The notes beneath the pieces are model-generated. The model was not told where the DNA came from. It searched no databases and saw only the letters and a program-made list of their open reading frames with translations. From a virus (Duplodnaviria > Caudoviricetes), in IMG/VR virus record IMGVR_UViG_3300030372_003595, positions 1 through 41,693 of that record: 41,693 nucleotides of DNA. One strand, given 5' to 3'. This document shows, one piece after another, positions 35,720 through 41,693 of this stretch (positions within the stretch are counted from its first letter, which is position 1; every line of letters begins with the position of its first letter). Position numbers and translations under genes: made by a program.

Positions 35720-37894
35720 TTGGCACATAATAAACATCCCGAAGTAACGAAGTCTGAACGACTTCTTGACAACTATCACGAAGGCAGAGCTACGTGGGCA
35801 ACTCAGGCTATGGAAGACGATGAGTTTCGCAATAATCAGCAATGGAAGAAGGTTCATAAAGATGTATTGGCTCAACGCTCTCAAGTTCCCATTGTTGATA
35901 ATATTATATATCCCGCAGTAGAACAGGCAAAAGCACTTCTTACTGCCAATAAACCAAAATTTCAATCCACGGGTAGAGATGACTCCGATGGTAAAGTTGG
36001 AAGGTTGTTTTCAGATATAATGGCATATATCTGGGATTTATCCAATGGTAATGTAGAATTAAAGCAAGTTGTGGATGATTATTATGTAAAAGGAATGGGG
36101 GTCATGCAAACCTATGTGGATGGATTGTCTGACTTCGGTAGAGGTGATGTTAAAATAAAAAGTATTGACCCCCTAGATTTATATCTAGACCCCAACTCAA
36201 AAGACCCATTTGCTAGAGACTCTGCCTGTATGATAGTAGCAAAAAGAATTACGGATGAACAGATAAAAACTGTTTATCCATTCGTTGCTGATAGAATTGA
36301 TGAAATGATGACTTCTAGTAGCAATAACAGATATCCATCTACATCTAGGGATGGCTCGGAAGACCAACAAGTTGGGCCCACGGAAGATGATGACGGGTAT
36401 TACAAGCATTATGAGGTTATTGATAGATATGAGAAGGTAAAACTTCCTTATTTTCATATCCTTGATTCCATTACCGGCGAAGAAAACATTATGAACGAAG
36501 AAGGGTTTAATGAATTTCTCGAAGAACCGGCAGTTATAATGGAAACTGCTCAAGGAGTACAGCACGTCACAGAAAATAATGCGGTGCTAGAATTATTGCA
36601 AGTGTATCAAAACACCGGTGGTGTCTACCATATGATGCAAGACCCTCAAACGGGGCAACCAACAATGATGCCTGGAGAAGAACATGAAGGTGCCATACCG
36701 GGAACAACTACAAGACTGACCATAGTCACCAATGCAGAAATGATAGAGGAGGGAGTCATTGTTCTTAATCGTGTTATGGTTGATAGAATTCAACGAATAT
36801 TATCTATTGGTGGTTTACTTTTAGATAATCTAGTTATGGATATTGATGAGTATCCCATTGTTCCATTAATGAATAGGCACAATCGTAATCCATATCCTAT
36901 GAGCGATGTTCGATTTGTAAAGCCAATACAGGAATACATTAATAAGCTAACCTCTTTAATCATTGCTCACGCTTCAAGTTCAACCAATACAAAACTATTG
37001 ATACCAAGAGGGTCAATGGACAGAAAGCAATTAGAAGAAGAATGGTCAAGAGCCGGAACTGGCGTTATTGAATACGACCCTGAATTAGGACAACCCATTG
37101 TAGCGGGACCGATACCACTTCCAAATGAATTATATAAGAACAAAGAAGATGCAAAGGTAAGTATCTATCAGATACTAGGAATTCATCCACTGTCTCAAGG
37201 GGATCCAAGTGCAGCCCCTCAGACCTATAAAGGAACAGTGGCTATTGATGAGTATGCCCAACGTCGTATTAAATCGAAACTAGACGATATCGATGAAATG
37301 TTGAATCAGGTGGCAAAAGTAGTTATTCAATTGATTCAACAGACATACACCGATGAAAAAGTTGTTCGATTAATGAAGCCAGACGGCAGAACCACACAAG
37401 CAACATTGAACAAACCAGTTTATGATGATTTTACTGGTGAGATAGTCGGGAGGGTCAATGATGTTACGATTGGTAAATATGACCTTATTGTCGTTAGTGG
37501 CTCTACTCTACCATCTAATCGTTGGGCAAGATTTGATTATTATATGCAACTCTATCAAGCGGGTATTATAGACCAAGTTGAGGTCTTAGAACAGACAGAG
37601 GTTGCAGATACAGAAGGAGTATTGGAAAGAGTCTCTATTATATCTCAACAACAACAGACCATTAATGCTCTGGAAGAAGAATTAAAAAGAATTAGAGGCG
37701 ACCTTCAAACTTCGGAACGTGAAAGTGTTCACGATAAGAAGAGGGTCGAGATCGAGAAATTTAAACGTCAGTTGGGTAGGGCGAGTGATAAGACCGCTAA
37801 AGCAGTGGAACTCTTTGAGGCTCGTTTAGGTGACCAACTTGGCATGGAACGGGAAACGGAAGCTGAACCAGAAACACCGGTTGCTGTCGGATAG
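35720..37894 (+). CDS. Portal protein (P22-like, with C-terminal coiled-coil barrel)
   Basis: 724 aa directly after terL. NNQQW...NII.P.V N-terminal pattern, KPIQEYINK, GKYDL, and a Gln-rich helical C-terminus. Confidence 0.88.
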   Translation: MAHNKHPEVTKSERLLDNYHEGRATWATQAMEDDEFRNNQQWKKVHKDVLAQRSQVPIVDNIIYPAVEQAKALLTANKPKFQSTGRDDSDGKVGRLFSDIMAYIWDLSNGNVELKQVVDDYYVKGMGVMQTYVDGLSDFGRGDVKIKSIDPLDLYLDPNSKDPFARDSACMIVAKRITDEQIKTVYPFVADRIDEMMTSSSNNRYPSTSRDGSEDQQVGPTEDDDGYYKHYEVIDRYEKVKLPYFHILDSITGEENIMNEEGFNEFLEEPAVIMETAQGVQHVTENNAVLELLQVYQNTGGVYHMMQDPQTGQPTMMPGEEHEGAIPGTTTRLTIVTNAEMIEEGVIVLNRVMVDRIQRILSIGGLLLDNLVMDIDEYPIVPLMNRHNRNPYPMSDVRFVKPIQEYINKLTSLIIAHASSSTNTKLLIPRGSMDRKQLEEEWSRAGTGVIEYDPELGQPIVAGPIPLPNELYKNKEDAKVSIYQILGIHPLSQGDPSAAPQTYKGTVAIDEYAQRRIKSKLDDIDEMLNQVAKVVIQLIQQTYTDEKVVRLMKPDGRTTQATLNKPVYDDFTGEIVGRVNDVTIGKYDLIVVSGSTLPSNRWARFDYYMQLYQAGIIDQVEVLEQTEVADTEGVLERVSIISQQQQTINALEEELKRIRGDLQTSERESVHDKKRVEIEKFKRQLGRASDKTAKAVELFEARLGDQLGMERETEAEPETPVAVG

Positions 37895-37916
37895 ACAAAT
37901 CGGATAAGGAAATAGC

Positions 37917-38828
37917 ATGGAAGAACAAGTACAAGACATCGTTGCTGAGGAAACTACAAACGATGTACCAGTTGAACAAACTGACGTATTAGAGCCATTT
38001 GACCCCACTTTTGACCCAGATAGTGGAATGTTTATGGCAGACAACGTGGCTGAAGAGCCACAAGTAGCAGAACAACCTCAGGAAACCCCTCAGGAAGAAC
38101 GCTACGAATATTGGCAAAGTAAGTATGACCAACAGGCGAGTGAGTATAACAGAATGGAAGAGAAACTAAAGGAATTTGAAAGTGTGGCGCCTATCGCAAA
38201 GCACATTGAAGCCAATCCTTGGATTCTTGACAATGTTGCACAATCACTCTCTGGTAACACCCCCGAGGTTGCCGGCAACACCGAATCAAGGGGCTTACCA
38301 AAGAAACCGGAACGTCCTAGTAAGCCAAGTAACTATGACCCATCAGAAGCCTACATGGATCCTGAGTCTTCGAGTTTCAAATATCGTGATGCTCTAGATA
38401 ATTACCGTGAAGACTTGGTTTCGTACCAAGAGAACATGGAATCCTATCGTGAAGAGCAACAGAATAGACAGTACGAAGCTCAACAAAGACAACAACAGGA
38501 AGCAATGGCTCTACAACAACAAGAAGCGATGGCGAGAAACCTACAAGAGAGTTATGGATATACTCCTGAAAGAGCCACAGAGTTCATCAAGTATTATTCA
38601 TCTCCTGACAGTATCTCACTTGAGAATCTAGTTGCCTTAGACAGAATAAGAAATGCTCCAAGTAGTGCCGAGGTGGAAACAAGGCAGAAAGCTGAGATGA
38701 TGAAGAATCGTCAGAATAGGGTAAATATCCCTCCTCCGGCAAGTGTCGGTGGTGGTGAGAACCAACCTCAATATTCAGATGAAGACTTATTCAATCTCGG
38801 TTTGATGCAAAAGAAAAAATCGGTTTAA
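37917..38828 (+). CDS. Capsid scaffolding protein
   Basis: Acidic, Glu/Gln-rich coiled-coil protein between portal and capsid. AAGGA RBS. Confidence 0.75.
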   Translation: MEEQVQDIVAEETTNDVPVEQTDVLEPFDPTFDPDSGMFMADNVAEEPQVAEQPQETPQEERYEYWQSKYDQQASEYNRMEEKLKEFESVAPIAKHIEANPWILDNVAQSLSGNTPEVAGNTESRGLPKKPERPSKPSNYDPSEAYMDPESSSFKYRDALDNYREDLVSYQENMESYREEQQNRQYEAQQRQQQEAMALQQQEAMARNLQESYGYTPERATEFIKYYSSPDSISLENLVALDRIRNAPSSAEVETRQKAEMMKNRQNRVNIPPPASVGGGENQPQYSDEDLFNLGLMQKKKSV

Positions 38829-38844
38829 TTAATAAGGATAAAAA

Positions 38845-40158
38845 ATGGCAAGTAATGCAAAGAACCTAGCGTCAAGTGGGGTTCTATATACAGATAGACG
38901 AGATTTTTACATTCGTCCTAACGTAGTTAAAGAGCTATGGACTGATGTTTCGCCTTTTACAACTGTTATCGCCAATCAAAACACTATGTCTGGAATGGCT
39001 GACCCACAGTTTAAAATGTTTGAACATCGTAACCCATGGGCTAAACAATATTTTCAAACTTCATCTAGCGCTGCTTGTGAGGCTGATAATGCGGCTGACA
39101 CATGGGCAGTTACTTCTGGTTCCCCTGTAGGAATGGAAGGTGAAGGTGGCGATTACGCATACAACAGTTGGATAGGACTTCAGTGCGAGGTGTGGACTGG
39201 ACTAACTCCTGGCTCAACTAAAAAAGGTGTAGTTCTTATTACCGCAGTAGCTGGAAGTGGTTCTAGTGCAAACATCAGTGTGAAAAACATGGGTGATGCT
39301 TCAATTACTCCTGCAAGTGGTGATTATCTAGTAGTTGTAGGTAATGCACATGGTGAAGGTACAGTGGCTGCAACTGCATGGAGTGATGAACTTGCAGTAG
39401 TCTATAACCAATGTCAGATATTCAAGACACCATTACAAATTACAGGTACGCTTCTTCAAGCTGCCTTACGTGGTGAATCATCTGAATTGTCTAGACTTCG
39501 TGACCAGAAATCACAAGAGCATAAGATTCAAAAAGAAAGAGCTTTCTTATTTGGACGTTCACCGATTAATACAAGTGGTGGCTTTGATGATAATTCATTA
39601 TCTGATGCAAATAGCAATCAAGTTCGCTCAACAATGGGTATTATCCCTGCAATTGAGAAGCACGGTGCCGCATCTGGTGATGACCAGAATCGTTTCACCA
39701 TAACAGAAGCTAGTTATTCGTATGGCGATTTCGTGGACGATATGGAAAAGGTATTCCAATACGTTCCTGAAGCTGGTGTGAAACGTGCTTTCTGTGGAAT
39801 GGGTGCAATGAGTTACTGGTCTAAAATGTCTGGAGCATCTGGTCTTGCAGGTAACTCTGGTTGGACAGTTAGCTTGGATGATATGAAACGTGATTCATTG
39901 GGATTCAACTACAGGATGCTAGAAACACCTCATGGTGCATTGCAGTTAATTCCAACACCAGTATTACGTCAAGCGTATAACAAAACTATGCTTGTTGTAT
40001 CTGATGAGAATCTGTTCCATGCTCAGTACAGAGCGCCAAAGTTCCAAGCAAACATCTTAACAGATGATGCTTACGATGGTGTCAAGGATCAATACTTCTC
40101 TGATGAAGGTATCGGTGTCACGCTAATTGAGAGTCATAAACTATTCCAAATATCTTAA
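38845..40158 (+). CDS. Major capsid protein (DUF5309/SU10-like, with inserted beta domain)
   Basis: SPF...FKMFE, GNAHGEG...NQCQIFKT, ERAFLFG...TMGI and TPHG.L motifs. Follows the scaffold gene. Confidence 0.85.
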   Translation: MASNAKNLASSGVLYTDRRDFYIRPNVVKELWTDVSPFTTVIANQNTMSGMADPQFKMFEHRNPWAKQYFQTSSSAACEADNAADTWAVTSGSPVGMEGEGGDYAYNSWIGLQCEVWTGLTPGSTKKGVVLITAVAGSGSSANISVKNMGDASITPASGDYLVVVGNAHGEGTVAATAWSDELAVVYNQCQIFKTPLQITGTLLQAALRGESSELSRLRDQKSQEHKIQKERAFLFGRSPINTSGGFDDNSLSDANSNQVRSTMGIIPAIEKHGAASGDDQNRFTITEASYSYGDFVDDMEKVFQYVPEAGVKRAFCGMGAMSYWSKMSGASGLAGNSGWTVSLDDMKRDSLGFNYRMLETPHGALQLIPTPVLRQAYNKTMLVVSDENLFHAQYRAPKFQANILTDDAYDGVKDQYFSDEGIGVTLIESHKLFQIS

Positions 40159-40170
40159 GGGAGGTTAATT

Positions 40171-40569
40171 ATGGCTAGACCTTATTTAGGTGGTTCAAGT
40201 GGCGGTATTAAAGCACTTGCCTCTTCTCAAACACTTAGTGTTGCAGATAGCGGTAAAGTTTTTATTTGTTCTCAAGCGGGAGCTTATGATATTACTTTAC
40301 CAGCAGCGAGTGACGCAAAAGGATGGGAAGGCACTTTCATAGTTGGAACAGCTGGATCTAGTAATTTTGATATTATTTCCGGAACTCCCGATGTGATGTA
40401 TGGTGTAGAAGTTGGAGATTCAAATATACCAATAGACGCAGTAGACAAAATTACCTTTGTAGGTAGTAGTGCTGTGGTAGGTGACAGAGCAGATATTTTC
40501 TGTGATGGCACTAATTATTACGTAACTATGTTTGCATCTGCTGACGCAGGAGCTGGACACTCAGGCTAA
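40171..40569 (+). CDS. Putative capsid decoration/minor structural protein
   Basis: GGAGG RBS, directly after the capsid gene. Small beta-rich protein (DSGKVF, ITLPAA, DGTNYY). Confidence 0.6.
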   Translation: MARPYLGGSSGGIKALASSQTLSVADSGKVFICSQAGAYDITLPAASDAKGWEGTFIVGTAGSSNFDIISGTPDVMYGVEVGDSNIPIDAVDKITFVGSSAVVGDRADIFCDGTNYYVTMFASADAGAGHSG

Positions 40570-40581
40570 AACAAATAACGA

Positions 40582-40603
40582 TGGGGGAGTTTCGGCTCCC
40601 CCA
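40582..40603 (+). terminator. Stem-loop with UUCG loop after the capsid operon
   Basis: TGGGGGAGT-TTCG-GCTCCCCCA. It lacks a U-tract, so it may be an attenuator or stabiliser. Confidence 0.6.
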
Positions 40604-40618
40604 GAGTTGTAAGGAATT

Positions 40619-40885
40619 ATGACACAAACACAACTGATAGAACTGGTAAAACAACATCACCCTGAACTAGGGGAGGCTCAGATACGTATATACTTGAATC
40701 GTGCTTTAGATGAGTTCTGTCGAAAGACTAGAATTTTAAAAACAATGTATACTTTTAATACGGTTGCTGATAAACGGTATTATCCATTGGATAGCGACAT
40801 ATTAGAGGTAACACGGGTGGATTACGATAATTACGAGATACCTAGACTAGGCACTCCTCCCGAAAAGATTGATACGGATATATAA
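40619..40885 (+). CDS. Head-tail adaptor-like protein, N-terminal part
   Basis: LIELVK...IRIYLNRALDEFCRKT...YYPL pattern resembles the N-terminus of podovirus adaptor/tail-tube-A proteins. Confidence 0.6.
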   Translation: MTQTQLIELVKQHHPELGEAQIRIYLNRALDEFCRKTRILKTMYTFNTVADKRYYPLDSDILEVTRVDYDNYEIPRLGTPPEKIDTDI

Positions 40886-41280
40886 TGGCTGATGACGCTA
40901 GAACAAATGCATTAAAACACGCTTGGTGGATAGAACGGGATGCTATAGCCATTGTAAAAAACTCAGCTACGGATACCACAACCAATCACGTTTCTGTTTC
41001 TGAAGCAAAGCAAGTTAATGTCCACGCAGTAAAACTAGATGATGATTTTGTAGCATCTGGTAGCGGGACCGATATGACCGAATCTCCGAATATTCCGGCT
41101 GAGTTTCATGATGCACTGGCGAATTATGCTATAGCAAAGGGGTATGAGTTAAAACCAGAGTTGATTAGACAAGCTGGGTATTTCAGAAGTTTATTCAACG
41201 ATGATGTAAGAGAAGGGAAAAAGTATGCGAACAAAGGTCGTGATGGGACTGCATACAATATCATTCCCCAGGATTATTAA
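40885..41280 (+). CDS. Head-tail adaptor-like protein, C-terminal part
   Basis: PNIPAEFHDALANYAIAKGY pattern resembles the C-terminus of the same adaptor family. Confidence 0.6.
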   Translation: MADDARTNALKHAWWIERDAIAIVKNSATDTTTNHVSVSEAKQVNVHAVKLDDDFVASGSGTDMTESPNIPAEFHDALANYAIAKGYELKPELIRQAGYFRSLFNDDVREGKKYANKGRDGTAYNIIPQDY

Positions 41281-41600
41281 TGCCTTTATATATTGAAATA
41301 GCTCAATCCAATGGTGGTCAGGTAGTAACTGCTAGTAGTTCAAGTAACGGAACCACAAGCGTTGTTTTAGCTGATTCATCACTACTCCCTTCTTCTGGTA
41401 AGGTTGTTTTTAAAGATAGTAATGGAAATTTGCAAAAATTGACCTTTACTGCAAATAACACATCAACAAATAAATTGACCATAGACGCAAGTACATGGTT
41501 AGCGACAGGAAATCTTGAACACCCTGCAAAACTATATGAAGATTCATATCATCCCGCTATGGAAAATATAGCGATAACTGAAAGGGTAATAACAGACTGA
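41280..41600 (+). CDS. Hypothetical beta-rich structural protein
   Basis: TAATG-coupled, Ser/Thr-rich. Confidence 0.6.
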   Translation: MPLYIEIAQSNGGQVVTASSSSNGTTSVVLADSSLLPSSGKVVFKDSNGNLQKLTFTANNTSTNKLTIDASTWLATGNLEHPAKLYEDSYHPAMENIAITERVITD

Positions 41601-41693
41601 TGGCTTCTTTTCAAATACAAATAGAAGATATGATAGGTACAACTGATTTTAATGATGATGCATTCATAACTCAGGCTATACGAGATGTGGGGG
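41600..41693 (+). CDS. Partial CDS truncated by the window end (MASFQIQIEDMIGTTDFNDDAFITQAIRDVG...)
   Basis: TGATG overlap with the upstream stop. Frame is open to the end of the window. Confidence 0.6.
   Translation, partial: MASFQIQIEDMIGTTDFNDDAFITQAIRDVG

Larger units (their letters stand above)
1..41693. mobile_element. Temperate podovirus-like bacteriophage genome (large partial, circularly permuted, excised/attP form)
   Basis: TerL, portal, scaffold, capsid, endolysin, integrase, primase-helicase and repressor are present, with no host housekeeping genes. No tape-measure or sheath genes are seen, but large ejection-type proteins are. The last ORF is truncated at the window end. Confidence 0.95.

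Noticed and set aside
481-40511. Many short alternative-frame or antisense ORFs in the track (e.g. 481-699, 791-1033, 1607-1801, 2326-2850, 7231-7728, 9592-10084, 30554-30833, 36197-36565, 38176-38631)
   Set aside because: They are nested in longer, motif-bearing, RBS-supported genes, and have no RBS or recognisable motifs. They are shadow ORFs.
1-41693. Stop-codon reassignment as in some crAss-like phages
   Set aside because: Long genes are intact under the standard code, TAA, TAG and TGA all end genes, and the only tRNA is a normal Gly(GCC).

Overview
The whole window is bacteriophage DNA, apparently most of a temperate, podovirus-like genome in circularly permuted, excised form: an intact tRNA-Gly and an integrase have phage genes on both sides, and the last gene is cut off at the window end. 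The + strand from 1 to 18.9 kb holds a lysis cassette, a metallophosphoesterase, a tail protein and three ejection-type proteins. The last of these is a 3058-aa protein with the motif set of a two-barrel (double-psi beta-barrel) RNA polymerase of the crAss-like virion RNAP / QDE-1 type. At 19-20 kb lie tRNA-Gly(GCC), arm-type repeats and a tyrosine integrase. The - strand from 20 to 32.6 kb is an early/replication operon (resolvase, AEP primase-helicase fusion, Sak3-like annealase, DUF932, ParB-like protein) interrupted by a divergent HTH repressor. It also contains a ~370-nt highly structured non-coding element with a probable loop-loop pairing. The + strand from 32.8 to 41.7 kb holds an AT-rich palindromic repeat region, terminase, portal, scaffold, major capsid and adaptor genes. 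The main points of interest are a putative virion-packaged two-barrel RNAP in a small integrating phage, a candidate novel structured ncRNA, and one operator motif shared by the immunity region and terL. All assignments come from reading motifs by eye; no searches were run.
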